From the IMG/VR virus record IMGVR_UViG_3300009671_000010, positions 47,473 through 111,472 of that record: a stretch of DNA of 64,000 nt, one strand, 5' to 3'. The stretch comes from a virus. Lineage: Duplodnaviria; Caudoviricetes. Positions 11,161 to 22,035 of this stretch are shown one piece after another (the first letter of the stretch is position 1; each line of letters opens with the position of its first letter). The notes under the pieces were generated by a model that was given only the letters and a program-made list of their open reading frames with translations, had not been told where the DNA came from and searched no databases. The translations under genes were made by a program, and so were the position numbers.

Positions 11161-12315
11161 ATGTCGTATCCTGTAGGTAACCCAGTTAGTGGTTTATATA
11201 ATATTTGGAGTGAAGGTGCATTCACTCCTGAACAAGTAGTATCTTTTATTAGAGATAATCAAACGCCAATTAATAAAGCATCATTAATTAATTCAGTTGG
11301 TCACCATGTATCATTGATTGAAAATTTTATTAATACAAGTTATTTAGCCAGAGCTGATTATCCAATTAACAGCGGATGGATTAATAATATATACAATAAT
11401 TTTATACAGACAGACAATATTAATATGTCTGGTTCTATAACAATGAATGTAAAAAATAGTGATCAAGGAATAATTGCTTATTATGATGAAGCAGATAAGT
11501 ATACCTTTACTTCATCTCTTAAACCCAATAGTATTTCACTTACACAAAATCCTTGGAATAATTCAGATTATTGGGGAAAAACTACTATTACTCCTGGCGT
11601 TATTACTGTATGTGGTGCTAATAATTCTGGAATCACTGCATCGGGTTCTGTAATGCATTTTAATAGTGATACATTTGCTACATTAAATTTTAATTCACAT
11701 GCACATGTTATTTCCGATAATAAAATTTTTTCTTATATTGATACAACCTTTAGAGTAAGTTCAGCTGGAATTCATACTGAGGTTAAACCAGATTCGATAA
11801 CATCAACCTCTGCATGTGGATTTTTTATAACAAATACTAATAAAATAAAACTTAAATCGAAATTATTAGATATGTCAGCTGGTACTGTTTTAACTAATTA
11901 TCTTGGCAACTATGATTATCCAATTGTTAACTCATACATGTCCAAAGTTATAATTACTGATTCTCTTCAGATGGGAACTAATCCTAATAGTAAATTTAAA
12001 ATTGGTGTATATAAGAAAAATTTATCTGGTAGTACAACATCACCAATTGTTTTAAGTGGAACTGTTGAAAATAATTATGGAGACTTTGATTCTGTAGTTG
12101 CTACTGCAATCTTTAATAATCAACTTATAACTGCTGGTTTTGAAATTACTGGTGGAGATTTAGATGATTGGACAGTATATCCTTGTACTGGTTATACTAT
12201 ATCCACTGATTCATCAACTGGAGTAGTTAACATATCTGTAACTGGTTCCTTTGCTGGAATGGCTAGTACTACAAACACATATGTATCTATGTTTTTTATA
12301 TATTTTTCAGAATAA
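11161..12315 (+). CDS. Putative short fibre/virion protein
   Basis: GGAGG SD; Ser/Thr/Gly-rich beta-type sequence in the tail region. Confidence 0.5.
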   Translation: MSYPVGNPVSGLYNIWSEGAFTPEQVVSFIRDNQTPINKASLINSVGHHVSLIENFINTSYLARADYPINSGWINNIYNNFIQTDNINMSGSITMNVKNSDQGIIAYYDEADKYTFTSSLKPNSISLTQNPWNNSDYWGKTTITPGVITVCGANNSGITASGSVMHFNSDTFATLNFNSHAHVISDNKIFSYIDTTFRVSSAGIHTEVKPDSITSTSACGFFITNTNKIKLKSKLLDMSAGTVLTNYLGNYDYPIVNSYMSKVIITDSLQMGTNPNSKFKIGVYKKNLSGSTTSPIVLSGTVENNYGDFDSVVATAIFNNQLITAGFEITGGDLDDWTVYPCTGYTISTDSSTGVVNISVTGSFAGMASTTNTYVSMFFIYFSE

Positions 12316-12327
12316 TTAGGAGTATTA

Positions 12328-13734
12328 ATGGCTAAAGTTACCAAGAAACAAGTATGGTCGAATATAGATGCATTCGGTTTATTGAATGGAATATCTGTAT
12401 GGGATGAACAATATAAAAATCTGAAATATGTAAGAAAACCATTTGATACTACTCATGATATCAGAAAAAAGATTTATAATTTACATGATAATAAAGTTGA
12501 TACTACATATCAAGGTATTGTTAATGGACTTTCAATTGAATTTGATTATGAACCATATAATGTATATGATAAACATATTTTTTTACTTTCATACGAACCC
12601 AATGTGTATAACAGTATAAATGAACAGGATGTATTTGTATATTATAAACTACAAAATTCAGATGATTGGAATGAATTAACTCCACAGACTTGGAATGTAT
12701 CAGCTAGTGGTTTTATGGTTTGGCAAAAATCACATTATAATAATTTGTCTACAAAGAATTTTATATATTCTAATATTCTTCAAATTTTTTCTGATTTACC
12801 TGATTTGACTGAAATTAAAGTTAAATATAAAATTTATATTGATACTGAGGATGGAAAAAAACTTGTTGATTTTACAGACGTAAATAGTATAAATGAAGAC
12901 AGACTTACATATAGAAAAAAAACATTTAATAATATTAATGATTCAATACAAGTATATAATTTAACTAATATTCCTAGCGGAATATACAGTCAATATTATA
13001 AAAATGGAATTCCTACTGATTTTACATATAAATTAAAAAATTATATATCATCGAAGTTTAAACATAAATGGGGTGAATTTAATGATTCTTCATGTATATG
13101 GGATATTAATAAATATTATGGAAGTGGTCATTTACCATCATATTATGATGCATATGATCCAATAGATAGTGGTTATTTGGGTGGTATCGAGAGCTCAAGT
13201 ACATGTTTATATCCATATGAAATCATAGAAACAGATAATCAAGTATTTAATCTTAAAATGTATCCTGGTAAATTTTATATAAGTGGTATTCCATTTTATA
13301 TGTTTGAAAATCCACGAGTATCTAATCTTGTATTTTTTAATGGTTCATGTAATATTCCATCTGGTTTATCACGTACTATGCATACAATATTAAGTCCATC
13401 TGATTTCTATAATTCTACTCAGGATGAGTATTTAAATGGTCATGTATATGAAGATTACATATATCCAACTGGAATAAATCAGATTAAAATTAATGATATT
13501 TTAAGGCGTAGACCATATCTTAATAATAATAACTCAGAACTTGATATAAGTTTAGCTAGTGGCGAATATAGTATTGATTTTAGTGCTGGTAAAATTTATG
13601 CATCAGGTATTAATAATGGCGTTTTAATATGGGATAATAGTTTAATAAATAGTGGATTTATAGTTCCATTTAATGTAAATCCAAGTTTATATTCAAATAT
13701 AAACAGTAGTTTTTTTATTTACCTAAATATATAA
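12328..13734 (+). CDS. Putative virion/baseplate protein (SG-rich)
   Basis: 468-aa ORF with AGGAG SD in the structural operon. Confidence 0.55.
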   Translation: MAKVTKKQVWSNIDAFGLLNGISVWDEQYKNLKYVRKPFDTTHDIRKKIYNLHDNKVDTTYQGIVNGLSIEFDYEPYNVYDKHIFLLSYEPNVYNSINEQDVFVYYKLQNSDDWNELTPQTWNVSASGFMVWQKSHYNNLSTKNFIYSNILQIFSDLPDLTEIKVKYKIYIDTEDGKKLVDFTDVNSINEDRLTYRKKTFNNINDSIQVYNLTNIPSGIYSQYYKNGIPTDFTYKLKNYISSKFKHKWGEFNDSSCIWDINKYYGSGHLPSYYDAYDPIDSGYLGGIESSSTCLYPYEIIETDNQVFNLKMYPGKFYISGIPFYMFENPRVSNLVFFNGSCNIPSGLSRTMHTILSPSDFYNSTQDEYLNGHVYEDYIYPTGINQIKINDILRRRPYLNNNNSELDISLASGEYSIDFSAGKIYASGINNGVLIWDNSLINSGFIVPFNVNPSLYSNINSSFFIYLNI

Positions 13735-13747
13735 GATTTGAATACAT

Positions 13748-16700
13748 ATGGATGAAATATATAAATTATATGAAGGTTCTGATGAACAATGTGATATAGT
13801 TCAACACAATCGTGAGTTACTTTGGGTTAAAGATGTTGGAGCAAGTGGTGCATTACGTTATATGGATAATGATGGTGTAGTAACATATATCTATCCATAC
13901 ATTAATGATCTCGATCTAACACATATTTTCGATGGACTAAATACTGGAATTATTACAGAGAGTGGAAATTTATATTACACAGATGAACGTGTTGATTTAA
14001 GAATATCTAATATGATGGGTGTTCCATATGGAATTGTTCCACTTAATGATTCTGGTTTGATTCCATATCAATATATACCACCTATATCTGGAAGTGTCAG
14101 CTTAGTTAACTATTATACAAAGAAAAATTTACAAACTCCTGGTCAATCATATGTTCATTGGGATAATATTATAAATGCTCCTGTAACTGATTTACCATCT
14201 AATGAAGGTGCAGAAGGATATTTATATACTGATATATCTGGAATTCTTTCATGGAAAGATATATCCACATCTGATAATTCAGAACCATATCTTGGGTTAC
14301 CAGCTGTAAGTGGTTATATATTATCTTCATCAAATACTGGAGTTAGATCATGGGTGCCAGCTTATACACATCCTGTATATCAAACTATAAATTTATCATT
14401 ATCTGGTAATATGGTGTTATCTAGCATAGTGGTTGATTCATTAGGACATATAACTACATTATCTGGTAGAACAATTTCATATAATGATATATCAGCACAA
14501 AAACATAATTCTAAACTGGATTCTTTATCTAATCTAAATAGTACTAGTGGTTTTATTTATCAAAATGGAACTAATACATTTACAAAATATCAGTTTGGTG
14601 GAACAGGTACAAGTAATTTTATATCTCGAAGTGATCATACACATACTGGAGATTATGAACCAATCCTAACATCTGGCACTATTGCTCAGTATTTTCGTGG
14701 TGATAAAACATGGCAAACCTTAAATACAAGTAATGTACCCGAGGGTAGTAATTTATATTTTACAAGTTCTAGAGTTATTAGTACTTTAAGTGGTGCTATT
14801 TCTACTGCACTTACATCAAATCTAACATCAAGTAGAGTAATAGTATCCAATAGTTCTGGTAAATTAACAACATCCAGCATTACATCAACACAGTTGTCAT
14901 ATTTATCGGGTGTATTATCTCCAATTCAAGCACAACTTGATTTAAAACAAGATCATTCAAATATTCTCGATGGCATCGTTAACCTGAATACTAGTACTGG
15001 TTTTGTATATAAATCTGATGCTAATTCTTTTATTACTTATAATTTCGGAGGAAATGGTGTATCTAGTGATATAAGCAGAAGCGATCACAATCATAGTGGC
15101 ACGTATGAACCTGTAATAACAGGAACAGCTAACAGAATATTAAAAATACAATCTGATGGAACAGGGGTTACTGAATCAATTATCCGTGATAACGGAACAA
15201 CTGCAACTATTAACGGGGCAATGAGTATTAGTGGTAATATTATCGGTACAGGTAGTGCAAATCTTACAGTAAGCATGAATGCTACAAATAAGCAACTATT
15301 ACTTACAGGTGGAACATCAGCAGTGCAATCAAGTGGAGCAATAATTAAACTATATGGGATAACAGAGTCTACTAACGCAGGCAGATTGTATTTAGGTGCA
15401 GGTACAGGTAAGGAAATAGTTTTAAATGCTGATGCAGTATCGTTGAGTAAATCGTATTTCGGGACAAGACCTGTAAAAGATTATTATGATTTAGCAATAG
15501 GCAATCATACTTTTTGGGATAATAGCAACTATTTAAACATAATTGACAATGCTTATTATGATGGAGGGTGGAAATATCGCACAACACGAGGGGCCGCTCG
15601 TATAGCGATAGGCAGTAACGGCAATATTAATTTAATGGTTGCCTCAGAAGGAACTGCTGATAGTGCTTTAACATGGAAGACTGCTATATACTCTGCCAAT
15701 ACTGGTAATGTTGCAATTGGTCATACTTCCCCTACAGAGAATCTTGACGTATCAGGTAATATAAAATTATCAGGAACATTAAATGTTGGTTCGATTCCAG
15801 CATACAGTTCATCAGCAACAACGTATTTAACAAGTAATTCTGGTATAATAAGCAGTAGAACGGCAGCACAAGTTAGGTCCGATATCGGAGCACAAACAGC
15901 AATTGCAGGAACAGCAAATAGAATATTAAAAGTGCAATCAGATGGAACTGGTGTAACAGAATCGAGTATTAGTGATAATGGAACTATTGTAGATTTCACT
16001 AATACAGGTTCTACTCTATTTAAAAGTTATTTATATATAGGGGGTTTACCTACATCTGTAAACTCGCTTTTTACTGGTAATAATTATGCGTTAATCTATA
16101 GTACTGGTACAAATACAGGTTCTTACCCATTTAATAATTACGGCCATTTGATTATACAGGCACAGTCTACGCAACCACGAAGTATATTATTTGTAGCTGG
16201 TACAACTCCTGAAGTTAAAATGAGGATAAATCCTAATAATGTAGTTGTAAATAATCCGCTTTCAGTCGATGGCAATATAAATGTTGGTGGTTTAACGGCG
16301 TCACGTATTGTTGAAACAGATGCAACAAAAACACTGGTGTCGGTAGCTAAAAACACAGCTTACAATAAAAATTTTGGAACTACGTCAGGTACAGTGTGTC
16401 AAGGAAACGATTCAAGGTTGAGTGATGCAAGAACACCAACATCTCATGCAAGTACTCACTTATCGGGAGGTAGCGATCAGTTGTTTGATCAAAACTTAAA
16501 TACTACAAACGCACCACTATTTACTGGAGGTTCATATAGAACCAATTCAGGTTCCAATCCATTGTATATTACACGAATAGGTACTAATACTGAATCTATG
16601 GCCATGTGGGTTGATGATGTAATCGGGCATGTCTATAGAACAAATGATGAATTTTCGGGAAAGTTTAGAATTACTATAGAAAATACAGATACTGAAGATT

Positions 16701-18565
16701 CAGACGGATCAAGAGCAAATACAGCGTATTGGGATTTTACATCAGATAATACAAGCAGTAATTTAACGCTTACAAGAGGTGCCAATACGTATACGTATTG
16801 GCATAGTGGTAATTTTGATCCATCTACTAAAGCAGATAGTAATCATAATCATGATTCAAGATATGCAAGATTAAACCTTGGTACAGCTACAACTATTGAA
16901 CAAAACAGAGATGTATTAGCTACAGGCATTTATTCGTATATAGTTAAATCAACCACAATTAACAGACCTTCAGGCTTATCTTACGGTTCTTCTATTACTT
17001 GGGGTACTGGTGCAACAGGTAGTGCACAATTATTAATCGGGTGGACTTCATCAGATCAAAATTATATTGCGTTCAGAAGTCTTAGAAATACAACAGATAA
17101 CTGGTGGAACTTCAAAAGAATTTATCATGAAGGATATAAACCATCTCCTGCAGACATTGGGGCAGCAGCATCAACACATTCTCATACATCAACAGAATTA
17201 CCATCCAATGTTGTCTATACAGATACTACTCAAACGATAAGTGGAGCAAAAACATTTTCAAATAATGTAATAGTGGGTTCTACTTCTACTGCGTCAAATA
17301 GAGTTGTAAGGGTTTTAACCAATGATTCATATAATGCAGGGTTTGAAGCTTACGGGTCAAACCAAGGAACAGGTTATCTTTTTGTAGGGCAAGGATCTAC
17401 TTACGGGGGTGGAATATTTTATAATGGAGATGGTAGCCCGTCTTTCGCTTCAGGGGAAATAGCAGACAGAATATGTTTTTATAGGATGAACTCAAGTTCT
17501 AAGAGTGTAGTTTTTTATTATCCACATAATTCAAACGATGTTTACTTTAATGGAAATCTTATTTTAAATAGTGATTCAAATGGGTTTAAATTATCTCAAG
17601 GGCAGTTAATAACAAATGGTGCACATTATAGTTCAGTAAATTTTGCATTTACTGGTAGTACTACAGGCGAAAATATACAATTGCAGACAGATAATGGTTA
17701 TCAAAGAGTGTTAGCAAATGCAGGATTGGGTTACGGTGCATTAGCACTTGGAGTTGGTAATTACGGTAATCAATTAGTAGTATATTCATCCGAAATACAG
17801 TCTAATATTCCTTTAATTGCAAATAGTACTTTTACTTGCTCAGGTTCTGCGGTTTTTAGTTCTAATTTGGCAGTTTCAGGTTCTGCTGTTTTTAGTTCTA
17901 ATGTCACAGTTTATGGTACTCTGGATGTGGAGGACATCTATTGTGTTGGTATACAGACCATGCACACAGTGGGTAATACTAATATCAGGGCAACAGGTGC
18001 AGTAAATTTACAGTGGTACGATACAACAGGGATTGCTAATGCTCGAGTATCCGCACATAGTGGTGGAACTACCCTATATGGTAATACTAAAGTGGATATA
18101 AGTAATTGGAAAGAGTTCAGGATCTCGAATGCATCTACTCAGATGCTGGTAAATGCTGATGGGGCCAACTTCTATAAGAAATGTACTATTGACTCATCTG
18201 ATGCTGAAGTGTTCAAAATTTGCAATGGTGCTAACACTTACCTTTCAGTAACAAGCAGTGCAATAAATGTTGAACACCCTTTAGTTTTTAAAGATGCAGT
18301 AATATCTGGATTTGCCGAAATTGCAGCTTTTACAGGGACTTTTAACAGTGTAAAGTATTATTCTTCTATCCTTATTACAAGTGGTCCGAATGGTGCACAT
18401 ATAACATTACCAACTACTGGAATTTCAGATGGTCAGATAGTTACATTTGCAAGGATTCCCCTGCAGCACACTGAATGGTATGTGAATGGAATAGCTTTAG
18501 TAGTTGGAAAATTATATGTGTTTCAGTTTTGCGCAAACCTAGGACAATGGCTAGTTAATCAGTAA
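13748..18565 (+). CDS. Long tail fibre / receptor-binding protein (mosaic)
   Basis: HxH motifs (SDHTH, SDHNH, NHNHDSRY), GNDSRLSDAR, YWHSGNFDP, IYHEGYKP and QTISGAKTF fibre motifs; internal repeats. Confidence 0.85.
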   Translation: MDEIYKLYEGSDEQCDIVQHNRELLWVKDVGASGALRYMDNDGVVTYIYPYINDLDLTHIFDGLNTGIITESGNLYYTDERVDLRISNMMGVPYGIVPLNDSGLIPYQYIPPISGSVSLVNYYTKKNLQTPGQSYVHWDNIINAPVTDLPSNEGAEGYLYTDISGILSWKDISTSDNSEPYLGLPAVSGYILSSSNTGVRSWVPAYTHPVYQTINLSLSGNMVLSSIVVDSLGHITTLSGRTISYNDISAQKHNSKLDSLSNLNSTSGFIYQNGTNTFTKYQFGGTGTSNFISRSDHTHTGDYEPILTSGTIAQYFRGDKTWQTLNTSNVPEGSNLYFTSSRVISTLSGAISTALTSNLTSSRVIVSNSSGKLTTSSITSTQLSYLSGVLSPIQAQLDLKQDHSNILDGIVNLNTSTGFVYKSDANSFITYNFGGNGVSSDISRSDHNHSGTYEPVITGTANRILKIQSDGTGVTESIIRDNGTTATINGAMSISGNIIGTGSANLTVSMNATNKQLLLTGGTSAVQSSGAIIKLYGITESTNAGRLYLGAGTGKEIVLNADAVSLSKSYFGTRPVKDYYDLAIGNHTFWDNSNYLNIIDNAYYDGGWKYRTTRGAARIAIGSNGNINLMVASEGTADSALTWKTAIYSANTGNVAIGHTSPTENLDVSGNIKLSGTLNVGSIPAYSSSATTYLTSNSGIISSRTAAQVRSDIGAQTAIAGTANRILKVQSDGTGVTESSISDNGTIVDFTNTGSTLFKSYLYIGGLPTSVNSLFTGNNYALIYSTGTNTGSYPFNNYGHLIIQAQSTQPRSILFVAGTTPEVKMRINPNNVVVNNPLSVDGNINVGGLTASRIVETDATKTLVSVAKNTAYNKNFGTTSGTVCQGNDSRLSDARTPTSHASTHLSGGSDQLFDQNLNTTNAPLFTGGSYRTNSGSNPLYITRIGTNTESMAMWVDDVIGHVYRTNDEFSGKFRITIENTDTEDSDGSRANTAYWDFTSDNTSSNLTLTRGANTYTYWHSGNFDPSTKADSNHNHDSRYARLNLGTATTIEQNRDVLATGIYSYIVKSTTINRPSGLSYGSSITWGTGATGSAQLLIGWTSSDQNYIAFRSLRNTTDNWWNFKRIYHEGYKPSPADIGAAASTHSHTSTELPSNVVYTDTTQTISGAKTFSNNVIVGSTSTASNRVVRVLTNDSYNAGFEAYGSNQGTGYLFVGQGSTYGGGIFYNGDGSPSFASGEIADRICFYRMNSSSKSVVFYYPHNSNDVYFNGNLILNSDSNGFKLSQGQLITNGAHYSSVNFAFTGSTTGENIQLQTDNGYQRVLANAGLGYGALALGVGNYGNQLVVYSSEIQSNIPLIANSTFTCSGSAVFSSNLAVSGSAVFSSNVTVYGTLDVEDIYCVGIQTMHTVGNTNIRATGAVNLQWYDTTGIANARVSAHSGGTTLYGNTKVDISNWKEFRISNASTQMLVNADGANFYKKCTIDSSDAEVFKICNGANTYLSVTSSAINVEHPLVFKDAVISGFAEIAAFTGTFNSVKYYSSILITSGPNGAHITLPTTGISDGQIVTFARIPLQHTEWYVNGIALVVGKLYVFQFCANLGQWLVNQ
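14498..15112 (+). repeat. Two 55-aa repeats in the tail fibre (14498-14662 and 14948-15112)
   Basis: QKHNSKLD..GFIY..FGG.G.S..ISRSDHTHTGDYEP versus QDHSNILD..GFVY..FGG.G.S..ISRSDHNHSGTYEP. Confidence 0.85.
15116..15985 (+). repeat. Two 28-aa repeats in the tail fibre (15116-15199 and 15902-15985)
   Basis: ITGTANRILKIQSDGTGVTESIIRDNGT versus IAGTANRILKVQSDGTGVTESSISDNGT. Confidence 0.9.
17840..17902 (+). repeat. 27-nt direct repeat with 36-nt period (SGSAVFSSN x2)
   Basis: tcaggttctgcggtttttagttctaat versus tcaggttctgctgtttttagttctaat, one mismatch. Confidence 0.9.
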
Positions 18566-18627
18566 TATTTACTGTGTAAAATAGAATAATATTTTTTATA
18601 TATACTATCTTTAAAGGAGGGAAATTT

Positions 18628-19005
18628 ATGGAAATTAAAGCATCTAATTTTTTGAATCAAAGATTTATCGATGCATATCGTTCGTTGGCAGAAAAAGACA
18701 ATCTTGGCATATCAACTATGTCGGTAATTAAAGTTATTAAAAAACTTTCAGAAGAACATGAGGTTTTCGAAAAGACAAGGTTAAGTATTTTTAAAAAATA
18801 CGGTACACTTGAAGGTGAACAATATGTGGTCAAAGCATCTAATTTAGATGAAAAACAATTTGAAGATTTTACCAAAGAAATCAATGATTTACATGAATCA
18901 AATATTAATATTCCTATTGATTCAAAAATAAAAATTTCATATAAATGTGGATTAAAACCTGTTGAATTTATTCTATTAGATGAATTTATTGAAGCCAGTG
19001 AATAA
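18628..19005 (+). CDS. Small helical protein following the tail fibre (DUF1617-like; possible fibre chaperone)
   Basis: Strong SD AAAGGAGG; pattern K.IKKL.EE...FEK.R..I.KKYG...F.KEINDL is seen in small phage proteins downstream of fibres. Confidence 0.5.
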   Translation: MEIKASNFLNQRFIDAYRSLAEKDNLGISTMSVIKVIKKLSEEHEVFEKTRLSIFKKYGTLEGEQYVVKASNLDEKQFEDFTKEINDLHESNINIPIDSKIKISYKCGLKPVEFILLDEFIEASE

Positions 19006-20294
19006 TGAAATATTATATACAATATCCAATATCTGTAGATTGTAATTTATCTTGCCCATATTGTTTTTTCACAGAAGAGAAGAACAGGAGTGATTTAAAT
19101 GCTCCTGATTTTTCTGTTCATGAATATAATATTTGGAGAGATACACATCTAAAGGATGCTGATGAAATTTTATTACATTTTCAAGGTGGAGAACCAACTA
19201 CTGATAAAAATATCAGTGATATAGTAGAATTTTTAAGTAATACATCAATTGAGAAAATTGATTTACTTACTAATGGACTAGGTTCAATTGATAGTTATGA
19301 AAAACTCTTACCTTATAGACATAGGTTTCATAGGATAGGATTTACTTTTCATAGAAAAGTTATTGGTCATGATTCCAATTTATGTCAGACATTTCATGAT
19401 AATGTTTTATTAATGAAATCATTAGGATTTCCAGTTTATGTTAAAGAATTACTTTTTTCAGAAGAAACAGATAGAATTATATCTAGTAAGTTATCCTGGG
19501 AAAAATATGATATTCCTTTTAAGATTCAAGATTTTAAAGGATGGGATGCAGGAACTGATTTTACAGAATACATGAATTATACAGATGAAGAACTTGCTTT
19601 AATAGATCAAGAATATCTTAAATCTGGAAATGAATGTTATTGTGTAAAAGGATATAAAAATATAATTATTCGTAGTGGCTGGATGAGTGGTGATATATTA
19701 GCATGTTGGAAAGATCTAACTGTAATTGGTAATATAAAAGATAATACATATAATCCTAATTATAAAATAATGGTGGATACCAGTTATCCAGATGGAATAG
19801 ATGTTATTGTTGATAAGAAATTATATAGAGGTACCTATCCTAGGGATTCACGTAAATTAGAAAAACTTAGATTAGAAGGGTCCTATACTAGTGGAGAGAA
19901 AAGGTGTATGAAACTTAAAAATTTTCTTATATTTGATAGTACTTTTAATGAATCATTTAATAAATTATTATCTATGGAATTTGATTCTGAAATATCAATG
20001 CAACTAGTGAAAACACTTAATGTAATTGAAAAACAGAAAATGGATATTATAACTACACGTGATATTATAATTAAACGTTATGCTGTCTTAAATGATGACG
20101 GTGGTTATAAAATGGAAAATGATAAACTAGTGTTTGTTGATGATTCTAAAAAACAAAAACTTAATGATGAAATAAATTTATTATTAAATGGTGAATTTGA
20201 AATTCCATTAAATAAAAAATTAAGTATAGTAAGTGGTAAAATAACTCCATTGTCTATTAAATCTTTAATTGATGCTGGTATAATATCAATATAA
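19005..20294 (+). CDS. Radical SAM enzyme (twitch-like Cys domain) fused to a C-terminal paralog of the 18628 protein
   Basis: CNLSCPYC (CxxxCxxC), GGEPT, LLTNG, and C..G...I...GDILAC. C-terminal 128 aa start at an in-frame ATG at 19908. Confidence 0.85.
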   Translation: MKYYIQYPISVDCNLSCPYCFFTEEKNRSDLNAPDFSVHEYNIWRDTHLKDADEILLHFQGGEPTTDKNISDIVEFLSNTSIEKIDLLTNGLGSIDSYEKLLPYRHRFHRIGFTFHRKVIGHDSNLCQTFHDNVLLMKSLGFPVYVKELLFSEETDRIISSKLSWEKYDIPFKIQDFKGWDAGTDFTEYMNYTDEELALIDQEYLKSGNECYCVKGYKNIIIRSGWMSGDILACWKDLTVIGNIKDNTYNPNYKIMVDTSYPDGIDVIVDKKLYRGTYPRDSRKLEKLRLEGSYTSGEKRCMKLKNFLIFDSTFNESFNKLLSMEFDSEISMQLVKTLNVIEKQKMDIITTRDIIIKRYAVLNDDGGYKMENDKLVFVDDSKKQKLNDEINLLLNGEFEIPLNKKLSIVSGKITPLSIKSLIDAGIISI

Positions 20295-20323
20295 AAATAT
20301 TATGAGGTACGGTGGATTAATAA

Positions 20324-22027
20324 ATGAGAACAAGTGGTTATTTTCCAAAATTAAATATAGGATCTACATTTTCTGACATAGATTGCCCTATTGCTGCTAT
20401 CGAATTTAAAGATATTGTACCTGATAAAAATATAGATGTTATTAATAGCATTGACAGTATATATGATATTTATAAAAATTATTATATTCCTACTAAACTT
20501 CAAAATATAAGCGGTTTATATACATATCATCCATATTTTATAAATACAAATTCACCTATTATAATTACAGATATGGTTTCCGATAACGGCTTACCTTTAT
20601 TCTATCAGTATGAGTTATTATATAATTGTTATGGAAATATTAATGATGGTAATATCGTTACTATCTATAAAAATAATAATGAACTAGTTGACCCTAGCAC
20701 ATACAAACTACAATTTTCATATGATTTACTTGATTCTAATCTTAGATACAGTAATACTATTTGGGATAAACAAGGAAACACATCAACTTATACACATAGA
20801 ATTAGAATTTTATTTTCTAATACAATTCAATCCAATGATTTTTATGTTATAAAATATAAGAAAATTTATAATAATATAATTAATTATACAGAAGAACTTC
20901 TTTCATATAAGATATTATATTCAGATAGTTATTATACAATTACATCATCTGGTATTCAAACTGGTTCTGATATTAATAATGAATATATATATTATATGTA
21001 TGATCCTAAAAGTCAGATCAATATATCTAGTGTTCAAACATTTTGTTCAGGTAATTTATGGAAATTATGTATAAATAGTGGCATTATATATGATGATAAT
21101 AATTTATATAATATTTCTAATTTATATAATTCAAATTACACGTTATCAGGAATAATTCCTGAATACATATATGGTAATATTATAAAGGTAAATCCTTCAT
21201 ATATTAATATTCCTTCAGGATATATATATCCAAACTATGACTCTAATATTAAAGTTAGAGTTAATAATACAGATATGAATATAAAATCAGTTGATTATAA
21301 TAATGGATATATATATTTAGATAATACATGTAATAATATTGATAATATAACTGTCGACTTTGACATAGATACAAATAAAGTATTAATATTAGATAAAGTT
21401 GAATTAAATCCATATATATCAGGATCTGTATTTAATATAAGTAGTTATAATAATGGAATTGGAATATCAGCTTTAAAAGTTAATTCTAATGAAATATCAA
21501 AATTATTTATATATGATATCGACAGTAATATATCTACCAGAGAGTGTTATGAAATATCACCATCAGGATCATATGAAACACTTTCATGGGATAATATGAT
21601 TACTATTAGTGAGATATATAAAAAAAATATTTCTAAAGATAATATTAATATATATGATGCTAGAAGAATTGGTGGTGGATATAAAGATAATATCATACAT
21701 GATAATTTAAAAAATACTGAAAATAGTATTGAATATAATTGGTACTCTGATATTGGTTTTTATGATGGCGAACCATTTGCTAATAATGGACTTATTATTA
21801 TTAATATTCCTGAATATAAATTAAACAATTTGAAACAAAAATGGATTGATGAATATATTACATATTCTGAAGATCCAATAAAAGCATATAATGACGCAAT
21901 TAGAGAATATAACTATTATCTTGATTTTACAATACGTAAATATATATCTGCAGGCAGCAGTTATGTATTAGTTCCAGTTACGTCATCTGGTACTTTTGGA
22001 GACATAGTTGATTTACAAAATTATTAA
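20324..22027 (+). CDS. Putative virion/baseplate protein
   Basis: C-terminal DARRIGGG...DIGFYDGEP...IRKY motif recalled from large-myovirus structural proteins; SG-rich. Confidence 0.5.
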   Translation: MRTSGYFPKLNIGSTFSDIDCPIAAIEFKDIVPDKNIDVINSIDSIYDIYKNYYIPTKLQNISGLYTYHPYFINTNSPIIITDMVSDNGLPLFYQYELLYNCYGNINDGNIVTIYKNNNELVDPSTYKLQFSYDLLDSNLRYSNTIWDKQGNTSTYTHRIRILFSNTIQSNDFYVIKYKKIYNNIINYTEELLSYKILYSDSYYTITSSGIQTGSDINNEYIYYMYDPKSQINISSVQTFCSGNLWKLCINSGIIYDDNNLYNISNLYNSNYTLSGIIPEYIYGNIIKVNPSYINIPSGYIYPNYDSNIKVRVNNTDMNIKSVDYNNGYIYLDNTCNNIDNITVDFDIDTNKVLILDKVELNPYISGSVFNISSYNNGIGISALKVNSNEISKLFIYDIDSNISTRECYEISPSGSYETLSWDNMITISEIYKKNISKDNINIYDARRIGGGYKDNIIHDNLKNTENSIEYNWYSDIGFYDGEPFANNGLIIINIPEYKLNNLKQKWIDEYITYSEDPIKAYNDAIREYNYYLDFTIRKYISAGSSYVLVPVTSSGTFGDIVDLQNY

Positions 22028-22035
22028 GGAATATA

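Noticed and set aside
13748-18565. Diversity-generating retroelement targeting the tail fibre
   Set aside because: No reverse transcriptase in the window, and the repeat pairs differ mainly at synonymous positions rather than at adenines only.
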